Shown here one piece after another: positions 1 through 10,505 of a stretch of 64,000 bases of DNA (position 1 is its first letter; each line of letters opens with the position of its first letter). The notes under the pieces were generated by a model, which saw nothing but the letters and a program-made list of their open reading frames with translations, had not been told where the DNA came from and did no database searches. The translations under genes were made by a program, and so were the position numbers. The stretch spans positions 73,715 to 137,714 of the forward strand of contig CAMDKM010000003.1 of NCBI GenBank assembly GCA_945900965.1. The letters are read 5' to 3'. Source of the stretch: Bordetella parapertussis. GTDB lineage: Bacteria > Pseudomonadota > Gammaproteobacteria > Burkholderiales > JACQAP01.

Positions 1-32
1 GCCCTTGGACTGCCTGCGGAAATTTTCCCAAT

Positions 33-953
33 ATGGACTGGATTCTCCTGCTAGAGCAGAGCCTCAATGGCCTGCAATTCGGGCTGATGTTGTTCCTGCT
101 CGCCGCAGGTCTGACGCTGGTGTTCGGCATCATGGATACTATCAATCTTGCCCACGGCTCGCTCTACATGGTGGGCGCCTACCTGGCGGCCACTTTATAT
201 CCTCTCACCGATTCCTTTGTCCTGGCGGTTCTGATATCGATGGCCGGCACCGCGCTGGTGGGCGTGCTGATGGAAGTGGCGGTGATGCGCCGCGTGTATC
301 AGCGCGACCATCTTTCCCAGGTGCTGGCGACATTTGCGCTGTTGCTGATATCCAATGAAGTGGTCAGGCTGATTTTTGGGCCTCAGGCATTGATGCTCAA
401 TACCCCGGCGGCACTTTCCGGACCGGTGGAGCTGTTGCCGGGATTTACTTATCCGTCTTACCGACTGTTGATTATTGCGGTGGGACTTGCGGTGGCGCTC
501 GCTTTGTACGGCTTGGTGGTGCACACCCGGGCGGGCATGTGGGTGCGGGCAGGCGCCTCGAACCGTCAAATGGCGATGGCCATGGGGGTGAACGTACAAG
601 GTCTTTTTACCGGCGTGTTTGCCGTCGGGGCGGCGCTCTCCGCTTTGGCCGGGGCGATGCTCGGACCCCTGCTGGCTGTCCAGGTCGGGATGGGGGAAAG
701 TATTCTGATTCTGGCCTTTGTGGTGATTGTTATCGGTGGAATTGGCTCGATCCGTGGAGCTTTTGCCGGCGCATTGCTGGTCGGTATGGTGGATACGCTT
801 GGCCGCTCGCTCCTGCCAATGTTGCTGCGACTGGTTCTGCCTCCCTCCGCGGCCGCCAGTCTCGGGCCCTCGCTGGCGTCGATTCTGATTTATGTGCTGA
901 TGGCCGCCGTGTTGTTTTGGCGGCCGCAGGGGTTGTTTTCGGCGCGCGGCTGA
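33..953 (+). CDS. livH: Branched-chain amino acid-type ABC transporter permease (LivH-like)
   Basis: 306 aa hydrophobic protein; GLTLVFG..INLAHG and VVIVIGGIGS motifs; C-terminal RPQGLF. Confidence 0.9.
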   Translation: MDWILLLEQSLNGLQFGLMLFLLAAGLTLVFGIMDTINLAHGSLYMVGAYLAATLYPLTDSFVLAVLISMAGTALVGVLMEVAVMRRVYQRDHLSQVLATFALLLISNEVVRLIFGPQALMLNTPAALSGPVELLPGFTYPSYRLLIIAVGLAVALALYGLVVHTRAGMWVRAGASNRQMAMAMGVNVQGLFTGVFAVGAALSALAGAMLGPLLAVQVGMGESILILAFVVIVIGGIGSIRGAFAGALLVGMVDTLGRSLLPMLLRLVLPPSAAASLGPSLASILIYVLMAAVLFWRPQGLFSARG

Positions 954-1918
954 TGAGCATCCGTCTCGATCACGGCCTGAATCCTGGCGTGGCCCTTGGG
1001 GTGCTTGCCGCGCTGGCTGCTCTGCCATGGCTGGCTCAGGTAATCGACCAACCGTTTTACATCGTGCTGGCAACGCGCATTCTGATTTTTGCGCTGGTGG
1101 CAAGCAGCCTGAATCTGCTGGTGGGATTCGGCGGCATGGTCAGTTTCGGGCATGCGGCGTTTTTCGGCGGCGGGGCCTATGTGGTAGGCATTCTGGCGCA
1201 GCACGGGGTGACCTCGGCATGGATAAGCTGGACTGCGGCCATGGTGTTTGCGGCGGCGGCGGCCTGGATCATCGGCGCCATCAGCCTGCGAACGCGCGGC
1301 GTGTACTTCATCATGATCACGCTGGCGTTTGCCCAGATGATGTTCTACGTGTTTGTGTCCCTGAAAGCCTATGGCGGCGACGAGGGCCTGCCGATCGCGA
1401 TGCGTTCGTCCGTAGGTTTGGGGATGAGTCTGAAATCCGACATGATTTTCTATTACCTGGTGTTGTGCCTCGTTGCCGCGGGCTTTTATTTCCTGGCTCG
1501 TTTGATCAACGCGCGATTCGGCCATGTGCTGCAGGGTATTCGCGAAAACGAAACCCGCATGGAGGCCATGGGTTACCCGGTGTTCCGTTACAAACTGGCG
1601 GCGTTTGTGATTGCCGGAGCCCTGGCGGGACTGGGCGGTGCGCTGCTGGCCAATCAAAATCTTCTGGCCAGCCCCAATCTGCTGCAATGGACCCAGTCTG
1701 GGATGTTGTTGATCATGGTGATTCTTGGCGGTGTCGGATTTTTGTATGGCGGGGCAATCGGTGCGGCCGTCATGCTGCTTCTGGAAGAAGTGTTGTCGAG
1801 TTACACCATTTATTGGCAGTTGGGTGTGGGTGTGGTGTTGTTGCTTGTGGTGTTGTTCGCGCCTCGCGGGTTGGCGGGTTTGTTTCGCGGAAAAGCCGAA
1901 GGGAACGGCCCATGCTGA
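953..1918 (+). CDS. livM: Branched-chain amino acid-type ABC permease (LivM-like)
   Basis: ATG at 953 overlaps livH stop (TGATG); SFGHAAFFG, GVYFIMITLAF and IRENETR motifs. Confidence 0.88.
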   Translation: MSIRLDHGLNPGVALGVLAALAALPWLAQVIDQPFYIVLATRILIFALVASSLNLLVGFGGMVSFGHAAFFGGGAYVVGILAQHGVTSAWISWTAAMVFAAAAAWIIGAISLRTRGVYFIMITLAFAQMMFYVFVSLKAYGGDEGLPIAMRSSVGLGMSLKSDMIFYYLVLCLVAAGFYFLARLINARFGHVLQGIRENETRMEAMGYPVFRYKLAAFVIAGALAGLGGALLANQNLLASPNLLQWTQSGMLLIMVILGGVGFLYGGAIGAAVMLLLEEVLSSYTIYWQLGVGVVLLLVVLFAPRGLAGLFRGKAEGNGPC

Positions 1919-2655
1919 AGCTTAACGGTGTGGTGAAACGCTTCGGCGGCCTGGCGGCCACCGATGGCGCCAATCTGGAAGTAAGTGGCGGAGAAATTCA
2001 CGCTTTGATTGGTCCCAATGGCGCGGGCAAAACCACTTTGGTCCACCAGATATCCGGCTTGTTGCGCCCCGATTCCGGGACCGTCTATTTTGACGGTGCC
2101 GATGTGACGTTGTTGTCGATGCATGAGCGAGTACTGCGGGGACTGGCTCGATCTTTCCAGGTCACCAGCATCTTTCCCCGGCTCAGTGCGCTCGACAATG
2201 CTCTGCTCGCTTCACAAGCGGGCATGGGCAGCAGTTTTCGCTTCTGGACGCCGATTCGGGCGGAAAATAAACTTGTCGAAAAGGCGCGGGCGGTGCTGGA
2301 CCGTGTGGGGCTTCTTGAGCGCGCTTACCAAGCCGCCGGTGCGTTGGCCCATGGCGAACAGCGCCGGCTCGAAATGGGGCTGTCCCTGGCAACGCAGCCG
2401 AAATTATTGTTGCTCGACGAACCGCTGGCCGGCATGAGTCCGGACGAATCCCGGCAGATGGTCGAGTTGATATCCGATCTCAAATCGACAGCAACCTTGT
2501 TACTCGTTGAGCACGACATGCAGGCAGTGTTCCGGCTTGCGGACCGAGTATCCGTGATGGTGTCGGGGCGTATTGTTGCCACCGGCACGCCGCAGGAAAT
2601 TCGTGCCAACGAGGAAGTCCGTGTTGCCTATCTTGGCGACCAGGCCGAGGCATGA
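1912..2655 (+). CDS. livG: ABC ATP-binding protein (LivG-like)
   Basis: Walker A GPNGAGKT; LLLDEP; EHDM; start trimmed to ATG 1912. Confidence 0.9.
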   Translation: MLKLNGVVKRFGGLAATDGANLEVSGGEIHALIGPNGAGKTTLVHQISGLLRPDSGTVYFDGADVTLLSMHERVLRGLARSFQVTSIFPRLSALDNALLASQAGMGSSFRFWTPIRAENKLVEKARAVLDRVGLLERAYQAAGALAHGEQRRLEMGLSLATQPKLLLLDEPLAGMSPDESRQMVELISDLKSTATLLLVEHDMQAVFRLADRVSVMVSGRIVATGTPQEIRANEEVRVAYLGDQAEA

Positions 2656-3362
2656 AAGAGTTGCTGCAAGTACAAGGTCTCGATGCCGGTTACGGCGCAA
2701 GTCAGGTATTGTTCGGCACGGACCTTTGCATTCGTGCTGGAGAAGTTGGCACCTTGCTGGGCCGCAATGGCATGGGCAAATCCACCTTGCTACGCGCGTT
2801 ATTCGGTTTCATTCCCGCTGTGGCTGGCTCGGTAATTTTCGATGGCGAACCGCTCGCTAACCTCGCCACGGATCGCATTGCGCGCCGCGGCCTGGCGCTG
2901 GTTCCCGAAGGCCGGCAGATTTTCCCCAACCTGAGCGTCGAGGAAAACCTGGCCGCCTTTGCGTTCGACCGACACCGCGCGGCCAAGCCGTGGACCCTTG
3001 CCCGCATCTACGAATTGTTTCCGCGGCTGCGGGAACGCCGGGCAAATCTCGGCAATCAACTCTCGGGAGGGGAGCAGCAGATGCTCGCCATCGGCCGGGC
3101 GTTGATGACCAATCCCCGCCTGCTGGTGCTCGACGAAGCCACCGAAGGTCTGGCGCCGCTGGTGCGCGAGGAAATCTGGCGCTGCCTGGCGGCGCTGCGC
3201 GCGACGGGGCAGACTATTCTGGTCATCGACAAGTATGTCGAACGCTTGATCAAACTCGCCGACCATCACACTATTCTCGAGCGGGGCCGTGTGGTCTGGC
3301 ATGGAAGCTCCGAAGAGCTTGGGCGCGATCACGGACTTTGGCATAGGTACCTCGGCATATGA
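2652..3362 (+). CDS. livF: ABC ATP-binding protein (LivF-like)
   Basis: GRNGMGKS; LSGGEQQML; LDEATEGLAP. Confidence 0.9.
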   Translation: MKELLQVQGLDAGYGASQVLFGTDLCIRAGEVGTLLGRNGMGKSTLLRALFGFIPAVAGSVIFDGEPLANLATDRIARRGLALVPEGRQIFPNLSVEENLAAFAFDRHRAAKPWTLARIYELFPRLRERRANLGNQLSGGEQQMLAIGRALMTNPRLLVLDEATEGLAPLVREEIWRCLAALRATGQTILVIDKYVERLIKLADHHTILERGRVVWHGSSEELGRDHGLWHRYLGI

Positions 3363-3427
3363 CAACCCGGACGATTAACAACGGGAAATAAATTGTCGAA
3401 GTCGCTGCTAATGAATCTGAAAAGCGC

Positions 3428-3561
3428 ACCACAGAGACACGGAAGCACGGAGAAGAACAATATTTCGATCGTTTCTCGTGCCAGCAGTATTCAACTTTTT
3501 GGCGAGTGCAAGGGTAGATGCGACAATTTGTTTTTCTCCGTGTTCTCAGTGTCTCTGTGGT
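3428..3561. repeat. Intergenic inverted repeat, about 33-bp arms built of CAC(A/G)GAGA-like units
   Basis: Left arm ACCACAGAGACACGGAAGCACGGAGAAGAACAA (3428-3460); right arm TTGTTTTTCTCCGTGTTCTCAGTGTCTCTGTGGT (3528-3561). Confidence 0.8.
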
Positions 3562-3614
3562 TCAACCGTTTTTTCTAGGATGAAAAATTGCCAGCGAGCG
3601 AAAAGGTGAAAAGC

Positions 3615-4940
3615 ATGCTGCAAGAATCGATTCCGGATATTTCAAAACTGGTCGAACCCGACCGGGTGCGCAAGGAGGCGTATACCGACGCGCGCATTTT
3701 CGAACTGGAAATGGCGCGCATCCATGAGCGAGTCTGGATCTACTGCGGCCACGAAACGCAGGTGCCAAAGGCCGGCGACTATTACACTGTGCAGATCGGC
3801 CGCCAGCCCATGATCATGGTGCGAGGCGCGGACGGCAAGGTGCGTGTTTTGTATAACCGTTGTCCGCATCGGGGCGCGATGTTGTGCGGCGACAGCCATG
3901 GCAATACCGGTGAATTTTTTCGCTGCTCCTATCATTCCTGGACTTTTTATCACGATGGGTCATTGCGCAATATTCCCATGATGGAGTCCGGTTACGCGGG
4001 CACCCGCTGGGGCCGCGACAATCCGGATTGCCGGGTGAAGCCGGCCGCCAGAGTGGAAAGCTATCGGGGGTTCGTGTTTGCCAGCTTGGCCGCCGACGGG
4101 CCGTCGCTGACCGATTTTCTCGGCGAATCCCGCGTAGCCTTCGACGACATGTGCGACCGGGCTCCGGAGGGCGAAGTCGAAGTGGTGCCGACTTGTTTTC
4201 GGGTGATCCAGAATTCCAATTGGAAGCTGTTTTTGGAAAATCAGCTGGACGCTCTGCACCCTTCAGTTACGCACCAATCCACCGGGCGCGCCGCGCGCGA
4301 GGTCGAGCTGCAAATCGAAAAAAAGACCGGCAAGGCGCCACTTTCCTATCACATGCTCTCCGCCTTCGCGACCGTCACCATCGACAAGTGGGACAATTTC
4401 CAGACCCTCAACTACGCCAACGGGCACTGCATCCTTAGCGGTTACATGGGTCTGCGTCCCAGCGACCCCGACACGCTGGAATACGAGAGCGTGTTGCAAA
4501 AGGCCTACGGAAAAAAGCGCGCGGAAGAAATTCTCGGCGTGAATATTCACCATGTCCTGCTCTATCCGGGACTGTCGGTGCAATCCCCTCTGCAGCAGTT
4601 GCGGGCGGTGCGTCCACTGTCCGTGGACAAGACGCTCACCGAGATCTGGCATTTCCGCCTGAAGGGCGCGCCTGAGCCGATCTACCGCCGTGCGCTTGCC
4701 TACTACAACCTGGTGAATTCCCCTTCGACGCTAATCAATGCAGATGATTTGGAGAATTTCTGGAAATGCCACCAGGGGCTTTCGTCCGACGGCGGGGACT
4801 GGGTGAGTTTTCATCGCCACCATGGGAGCGATCTGCAAAAAAATGGTCACGTGGAAACTGCCCCGGAAATGGGCACATCGGAGGCGCCGATGCGAAACCA
4901 GATGAAAGCCTGGGCGCAGTTCATGGCGGCGGAGCGCTGA
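3615..4940 (+). CDS. Aromatic ring-hydroxylating Rieske oxygenase, alpha subunit
   Basis: Rieske CPH...CSYH; mononuclear iron motif ENQLDALHPSVTH; C-terminal DDLENF. Start ATG 3615 or TTG 3588. Confidence 0.9.
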   Translation: MLQESIPDISKLVEPDRVRKEAYTDARIFELEMARIHERVWIYCGHETQVPKAGDYYTVQIGRQPMIMVRGADGKVRVLYNRCPHRGAMLCGDSHGNTGEFFRCSYHSWTFYHDGSLRNIPMMESGYAGTRWGRDNPDCRVKPAARVESYRGFVFASLAADGPSLTDFLGESRVAFDDMCDRAPEGEVEVVPTCFRVIQNSNWKLFLENQLDALHPSVTHQSTGRAAREVELQIEKKTGKAPLSYHMLSAFATVTIDKWDNFQTLNYANGHCILSGYMGLRPSDPDTLEYESVLQKAYGKKRAEEILGVNIHHVLLYPGLSVQSPLQQLRAVRPLSVDKTLTEIWHFRLKGAPEPIYRRALAYYNLVNSPSTLINADDLENFWKCHQGLSSDGGDWVSFHRHHGSDLQKNGHVETAPEMGTSEAPMRNQMKAWAQFMAAER

Positions 4941-5042
4941 CATGACGGATAAGGAAACAATTCGTCCACCGCGCTCTCACCGCAGAGGACGCAAAGGACG
5001 TGGAGGAAAATCATCTTGAAAAGTAAGGGGTCGAAAACTCCG

Positions 5043-5609
5043 ATGATTGCAAAAGGCAAGAAAACGGCGAAGAAAGCACTGCCGTCGCGGAAAACGGCAC
5101 CTGCCATCAAAACCCCGGGAAGCGGAGCAACTGGCAGTGACGTCCAGCACGAAGTGGAGCAATTCCTGTATCGCCAGGCCGAGTTGCTCGACTCGAAGCG
5201 CTGGCAAGACTACATCGACTTGTTTTCCGACGACGGCATCTACTGGATGCCGGCCGACCCGGCCCACACCACATGGGATGGCGTGCCGTCTATTTTTGCG
5301 GAAGACAAAAACTTGATGACTGTGCGCATGAACCGGGTGCTGCACCCCGATGCCTGGTCGCAGCGACCTCTGTGGGGCACCAATCACATTGTTTCCAATG
5401 TGATCATCGAGAAGAACCAAGCGGGAAGTATCGTGGTGCGCTCGCGATTCCACATGATGGAGCTGAGGCGGGACAACGTCCGGCATTTCGCTGGGTCCTA
5501 TGTCCACCATCTGAAGCGTGCCCGGGACGGCTTTCGCGTTGTGCTGCAAAGGGTGGACATGACCAATGCCCAGGCGACGTTCGATTACGTGCTGCAAGTC
5601 TGGGTCTGA
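5043..5609 (+). CDS. Ring-hydroxylating oxygenase beta subunit with Lys-rich N-terminal extension
   Basis: EVEQFLYRQAELLD..RW, YWMP, TNHIVSNV; follows the alpha subunit; start uncertain. Confidence 0.88.
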   Translation: MIAKGKKTAKKALPSRKTAPAIKTPGSGATGSDVQHEVEQFLYRQAELLDSKRWQDYIDLFSDDGIYWMPADPAHTTWDGVPSIFAEDKNLMTVRMNRVLHPDAWSQRPLWGTNHIVSNVIIEKNQAGSIVVRSRFHMMELRRDNVRHFAGSYVHHLKRARDGFRVVLQRVDMTNAQATFDYVLQVWV

Positions 5610-5648
5610 GTTGTACGGCAGACACATTCCGAACAAGGCACCCGGCTC

Positions 5649-6050
5649 ATGAGCGAGGGTTCCGGGCTTGGAGCCTTGTTCGTGAGCAGCTTTCTCGCCG
5701 CGACCCTGCTGCCCGGCGGTTCCGAGGTGGTCTTTCTTGGAGTGCTGATGAGCGGCACAAGCACCCTTTGGCCCGCGTTGGCAGTGGCCACTCTGGGTAA
5801 TACGTTAGGGGGGATGAGTTCTTACTTGATAGGGCGGCTCGTGCCTCTAAAAAAAGCGATTGCGGTGCGCCCCTTGGAATGGCTGCGGCACTGGGGTTCG
5901 CCGATTCTGCTGCTTTCGTGGGCGCCGCTGATTGGAGATCCTTTGTGTCTGGCAGCAGGGTGGTTGCGGCTCAATGCGGGCTGGGTTTTGTTGTTTATTG
6001 CGACGGGGAAATTGGGAAGGTATCTGGTGCTTGGGTTAGTTGCGCAATAA
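5649..6050 (+). CDS. yqaA: YqaA/DedA family membrane protein
   Basis: SFLAATLLPGGSE and GDPLCLAAGWLR motifs. Confidence 0.85.
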   Translation: MSEGSGLGALFVSSFLAATLLPGGSEVVFLGVLMSGTSTLWPALAVATLGNTLGGMSSYLIGRLVPLKKAIAVRPLEWLRHWGSPILLLSWAPLIGDPLCLAAGWLRLNAGWVLLFIATGKLGRYLVLGLVAQ

Positions 6051-6065
6051 TGAGGTCGACCAAAC

Positions 6066-6479
6066 ATGACGAACACTTGCGTATTTTGCGATTCCGCCGG
6101 GGGTGAAGTGCTTTGGGATGACGGGTTTGCGCGAGTGATCCTGGTAGGCGATGCCGATCATCCAGGGTACTGCAGGGTTATCTTGAACGCTCACAAGAAG
6201 GAAATGACCGATCTGACGAAGGCGGATCGCGCCAGACTGATGAAAGCGGTGTTCACTGTTGAACAGTTGCTTCTGGAACTGCTGCGGCCCGACAAGATCA
6301 ATCTTGCCAGCTTTGGCAACATGGTTCCGCACTTGCACTGGCATGTGATTCCGCGTTTTGGCGATGACCCGCATTTCCCCAATCCGGTCTTCGGGAAAAA
6401 ATTGCGCGAAGGCGCGCGCAGCCTGCCCGCGGGGTTTTCCCGGACGATGCGCCAACGCTTGTCGGGATTATCAGGCTGA
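6066..6479 (+). CDS. HIT family protein
   Basis: N-terminal CVFC; histidine triad HLHWH. Confidence 0.9.
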   Translation: MTNTCVFCDSAGGEVLWDDGFARVILVGDADHPGYCRVILNAHKKEMTDLTKADRARLMKAVFTVEQLLLELLRPDKINLASFGNMVPHLHWHVIPRFGDDPHFPNPVFGKKLREGARSLPAGFSRTMRQRLSGLSG

Positions 6480-7796
6480 CTGGGCGGCTTCCGTGTGGCC
6501 GGCGAGCCGCCGGGTGTCGGGGAAAACCACCGTGAACAGGCTACCCTGCCCCGGCTCGCTTTGAATATCCAGGTGGGCATGGTGGCGGTTGAGAACGTGT
6601 TTGACGATGGCAAGACCCAGCCCCGTGCCGCCGGTTTCGCGCGAGCGGCTGCGGTCGACTCGATAGAATCGTTCGGTCAGGCGGTCAATGTGTTGCGGCT
6701 CGATCCCGATGCCGCTATCGCGCACGCTGAATACCGGGTGGCCATTGCGGATTTGCCACTGGATTTCGATCTCGCCCTGTTCCAGGGTATAACGAATCGC
6801 GTTGCTCACCAGGTTGCCAAACGCACTGCGCAATTCCTCGGCGCTACCCTTCAGCCCGTCCTGGGTGTCAATCTTGAGTCGGATTTTATGCCGGCCGGCG
6901 GATAAGGCGAGGGCTTCCTGGTGAATTCCGCGCAGCAGTTCCGGCACATCGACATCTTCCTCCCGCAGCGGATTGTGCGCACCTTCGAGTCTGGAAAGGG
7001 TTAGCAAGTCCTCGACCAGACGGGTCATGCGATCGGTCTGTTGCATCATGAGTTTGATCGAACGCCGCGCCATGTCGGCATCCAGCGTATCCATGTCGTC
7101 GAGTGTTTCGAGAAAACCGCCCACCACCGTGAGCGGTGTGCGTAATTCGTGCGAGACATTGGCGACAAAATCCCGGCGCGTGGTTTCCAGCTTTTCCCAA
7201 CGCGTGATATCGCGCCCCAGCAGCAATTTCTGCTGGTCGCCATAGGGAACGAGCTGAATCGAAAGTATAAAGTCACCTCGGCTGCGGGAGAATCTCAAGG
7301 TGACCGTTTCGCCCACTTCGCCCGCCGCAATATGCTCGACAAATTGCGGCTGTCGCAGGATGTTCGTGATCTGCGCCCCCTGGTCGCGTTTATTGTCCAG
7401 ACCAAAATATTCTTCCGCCTTGGGGTTGCACCATTGCACATGACCTCCCTCGTCAAGAATGACCACCGCGTCGGGGAGCGCCGCGCCGGCCATCTCGAAG
7501 CGCTGCAAGGCCCGGTTCAATTCGCTTTCCGTCATCCTTTGACGTCTGAGCATGCGCAGGATCTGGGAAAACACATATTCCCAGGCGCCGGACCCAACGG
7601 GCACATGCTCCAGACGGGGCGCCTGCAGCCAGCGGAAAAGAGACGCCAGGTTTTTCAGATGATGCAGGAGAAGTACGACCAACAGGACACACAGGACAAA
7701 CAGGGCTGGGCCGGTACCGAGCGGTAACCAGACAAGGAATGCAATGGCTCCAGCCAGAAAGACAGAGGAGAGAGGTCGCCCCCGCATAAACTTCAA
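6471..7796 (-). CDS. phoR: Phosphate regulon sensor histidine kinase PhoR
   Basis: DFVANVSHELRTPLT H-box; PAS domain; ERFYRVDRSRSRETGGTGLGL; downstream of phoB; exact start uncertain. Confidence 0.93.
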   Translation of the reverse strand: MKFMRGRPLSSVFLAGAIAFLVWLPLGTGPALFVLCVLLVVLLLHHLKNLASLFRWLQAPRLEHVPVGSGAWEYVFSQILRMLRRQRMTESELNRALQRFEMAGAALPDAVVILDEGGHVQWCNPKAEEYFGLDNKRDQGAQITNILRQPQFVEHIAAGEVGETVTLRFSRSRGDFILSIQLVPYGDQQKLLLGRDITRWEKLETTRRDFVANVSHELRTPLTVVGGFLETLDDMDTLDADMARRSIKLMMQQTDRMTRLVEDLLTLSRLEGAHNPLREEDVDVPELLRGIHQEALALSAGRHKIRLKIDTQDGLKGSAEELRSAFGNLVSNAIRYTLEQGEIEIQWQIRNGHPVFSVRDSGIGIEPQHIDRLTERFYRVDRSRSRETGGTGLGLAIVKHVLNRHHAHLDIQSEPGQGSLFTVVFPDTRRLAGHTEAAQSA

Positions 7797-7866
7797 GCGT
7801 CCTGCCCGAGGAAGATGTCGGGCGCAATTATGTCAGATATGCTCTTGCCGGATGTCGGCAAGGCAT

Positions 7867-8553
7867 TCAATTGGTGGACATGCGATACCCGGTGCCGCGT
7901 ACCGTTTGTACCAGGCTGTCCAACTGGCTGGGCTCCAGTGCCTTGCGCAGACGGCGGATGTGGACATCAACCGTGCGTTCTTCCACGAAGACATGATCAC
8001 CCCACACCTGGTCGAGCAATTGGGCGCGGGAATGCACGCGCTCGGGATGGGTCATCAGGAAATGCAGCAGGCGGAATTCGGTTGGCCCAAGCGCGATGGA
8101 TTCGCCCCCGCCGGTAATCCGATGGCTGGCGGGATCGAGCTGCAATCCACCCAGTTGGACGAGGTCGTCGGTCATCTGCGGGGCCCGCCTGCGCAGCACA
8201 GCCTTAATTCGCGCGGTGAGCTCGCGCGGCGAAAACGGTTTGGTGATGTAATCGTCCGCGCCGGTATCCAGGCCTTGCAGTTTGTCTTGTTCGTCGGTGC
8301 GGGCAGTGAGCATGATGATCGGCACGGTCCGGGTGCGTTTGTCCGCTCGCAGGCGGCGCGCCAGTTCAATGCCGGACAGGCCCGGCAGCATCCAGTCGAG
8401 AAGGACAAGATCGGGCAGGGCGCTTTGCACGAGTTTGAGCGCGTGCTCGGCATTGTCGGCGCGAAGCGCCTGGTGTCCGGCCTGTTTCAGGTTAAAGGCG
8501 ATAAGCTCCTGGATTGCCGGTTCGTCTTCGACTACTAGGATAGTGGCGGCCAT
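7867..8553 (-). CDS. phoB: Phosphate regulon response regulator PhoB
   Basis: LLDWMLPG; GPTEFRLLHFLMTHPERVHSRAQLLDQVWG; TVRGTGY. Confidence 0.95.
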   Translation of the reverse strand: MAATILVVEDEPAIQELIAFNLKQAGHQALRADNAEHALKLVQSALPDLVLLDWMLPGLSGIELARRLRADKRTRTVPIIMLTARTDEQDKLQGLDTGADDYITKPFSPRELTARIKAVLRRRAPQMTDDLVQLGGLQLDPASHRITGGGESIALGPTEFRLLHFLMTHPERVHSRAQLLDQVWGDHVFVEERTVDVHIRRLRKALEPSQLDSLVQTVRGTGYRMSTN

Positions 8554-8593
8554 TGAGCAAGGATTCGGTAGGATGTCGAGTGCTTGCAATACT

Positions 8594-8634
8594 ATGACGC
8601 AATTGTTACAAAGGGGTGACAGTAATTATGACAG
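8594..8634 (-). promoter_or_regulatory. Pho boxes upstream of phoB (autoregulation)
   Basis: Minus strand CTGTCAT-aatta-CTGTCAC-ccct-TTGTAAC-aatt-GCGTCAT: four Pho half-sites spaced 12, 11 and 11 bp. Confidence 0.8.
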
Positions 8635-8719
8635 CCGCCGTGTGTGACCAGGCCGGGAATGGGCGTATTCCCGGGGGTCGTATCCGATCGAAGAACCGCG
8701 AGAATCAGCGAATATAGCC

Positions 8720-9148
8720 GTGGCCGGACTTAAACCGGGCGATCCTCGCCCGACAGAAATACGACTCCTTCAGAAATCCCGCGTGCTCGAAATCAGCTTC
8801 GACGACGCTCGGGAATTCCGTTTTCCTTTCGAGTTCTTGCGAGTCTATTCGCCCTCCGCGGAAGTACGCGGGCACAGTGCCGGGCAGGAAGTGTTGCAGA
8901 CCGGCAAGCGCGATGTCGAGGTTATCGAGCTGGAACCGGTAGGCAACTACGCGATCCGGCCGCGTTTCAGCGATGGCCACGACACCGGCCTTTATTCCTG
9001 GGATTATCTCTACGAACTGGGCAAGAACCAGGATGATTTATGGCGCCGTTACCTGGAAAAAATGCAAAAAGCCGGGGCCACCCGCGATGCCGGCGGGGAG
9101 AATGTCCCTGTGACCGATGCGGTCAAGCCTGGCTGGAAAAAAATCTGA
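8720..9148 (+). CDS. DUF971 (gamma-butyrobetaine hydroxylase N-terminal-like) protein
   Basis: [36 protein letters not shown]; usual neighbour of ubiE. Confidence 0.88.
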   Translation: MAGLKPGDPRPTEIRLLQKSRVLEISFDDAREFRFPFEFLRVYSPSAEVRGHSAGQEVLQTGKRDVEVIELEPVGNYAIRPRFSDGHDTGLYSWDYLYELGKNQDDLWRRYLEKMQKAGATRDAGGENVPVTDAVKPGWKKI

Positions 9149-9156
9149 GCACCGTC

Positions 9157-9915
9157 ATGCCCATGGAAAACAAGACCGAGGAAAACAAGACCACTGATTT
9201 CGGTTTTCAAGAAGTGCCGGAGCAGGAAAAGGCCCGCAAGGTGGACGGTGTGTTCCGCTCGGTGGCGGCACACTACGATTTGATGAATGACGTGATGTCG
9301 GCGGGCCTGCACAGGGCCTGGAAGCGATTTGCCATCGCCATGAGTGGCGTACGCGAAGGGGGCCGGGTGCTGGACGTGGCTGGCGGCACCGGCGACTTGG
9401 CGGCATTGATGTGGTCGCGGGTCGGGTCGGCTGGAGAGGTCTGGCTCACCGATATCAATGCAGCCATGCTCTCGCGAGGCCGCGATCGCCTGTTGGATCA
9501 AGGCCGGGTGACGCCTGCCGTGCGATGCGACGCGGAGCACCAGCCCTTTCCAGACAATTATTTCGACTGCGTCATCGTGGGCTTTGGCTTGCGCAACATG
9601 ACGCACAAGCAGCAGGCGCTGGCGCAGATGTACCGAGTCCTGAGGCCCGGCGGCAAAATGCTGGTGCTGGAATTTTCCCAGGTCTGGGAGCCGTTACGCC
9701 CGATCTACGATGCCTATTCGTTCAAGACATTGCCGGCGCTGGGAAAACTCATCGCCAAGGATGCCGACAGCTACCGATATCTTGCCGAGTCGATTCGCAA
9801 ACATCCGGGGCCCGAGGAATTGAAAACAATGATGGAGCAGGCGGGCTGCGAAAATGTCGAGTACTACCGTTTGAGTGCAGGGGTCGTGGCGTTACACGTC
9901 GGGTGTAAGTTCTAG
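9157..9915 (+). CDS. ubiE: Ubiquinone/menaquinone C-methyltransferase UbiE
   Basis: [41 protein letters not shown]. Confidence 0.95.
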   Translation: MPMENKTEENKTTDFGFQEVPEQEKARKVDGVFRSVAAHYDLMNDVMSAGLHRAWKRFAIAMSGVREGGRVLDVAGGTGDLAALMWSRVGSAGEVWLTDINAAMLSRGRDRLLDQGRVTPAVRCDAEHQPFPDNYFDCVIVGFGLRNMTHKQQALAQMYRVLRPGGKMLVLEFSQVWEPLRPIYDAYSFKTLPALGKLIAKDADSYRYLAESIRKHPGPEELKTMMEQAGCENVEYYRLSAGVVALHVGCKF

Positions 9916-10503
9916 ATGCTGTCACAGGCCTTTAGCGCATTCTCCAACCACCTGCTTGACCCCGCGCCGTGGGCGGCTCAAAAACTGGCGGCGCATGCCG
10001 GCAAATGCGCCCGATTCCAATTTTTGAATCTGCATATCGAGGTGCAAGTTCGCGACAACGGTGCACTGGAAGCGGTTTCCGGCGAGGTGTCGCCCGCGGT
10101 TTGCTTTCGCTTGACGCCGGCCACGCTAATGGAAATTCTCGCCGACCGGAAGGCGGCCTGGAAGAACGTGGTAGTGGAAGGCGATAGCGATTTTGCCCAG
10201 GCCATTGTCCAGGTGATGGGCCATCTGCGATGGGATTACGAAGAGGACCTGAGCCGCGTGGTGGGCGATATCGCCGCGCATCGAATGGCCCAAGCCGGTC
10301 GCTCTTTGGCCCATTGGCCACGGGAGGCCGCCGGCAATGTTGCCGCTGGCGCCGCGGAATACTTGAGCGAGGAAATTCACCTGCTGGTGACCCCTCTCGA
10401 TGCCCGGCAATTCGGGATTGACGTCGATGAATTGCGGGAGGCGGTCGAACGCCTCGACCAACGCATAGAGTTGCTCCGGCAGACGGCGAACCGGCCCGAA
10501 TAG
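9916..10503 (+). CDS. ubiJ: Ubiquinone biosynthesis accessory factor UbiJ (SCP2 domain)
   Basis: [18 protein letters not shown] motif; between ubiE and ubiB. Confidence 0.85.
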   Translation: MLSQAFSAFSNHLLDPAPWAAQKLAAHAGKCARFQFLNLHIEVQVRDNGALEAVSGEVSPAVCFRLTPATLMEILADRKAAWKNVVVEGDSDFAQAIVQVMGHLRWDYEEDLSRVVGDIAAHRMAQAGRSLAHWPREAAGNVAAGAAEYLSEEIHLLVTPLDARQFGIDVDELREAVERLDQRIELLRQTANRPE

Positions 10504-10505
10504 CC

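Noticed and set aside
539..1911. N-terminal extensions of ORF-track calls (also 11905, 19737, 26228, 61365, 63022)
   Set aside because: They overlap upstream genes or promoters; starts were trimmed to RBS- or homology-supported codons
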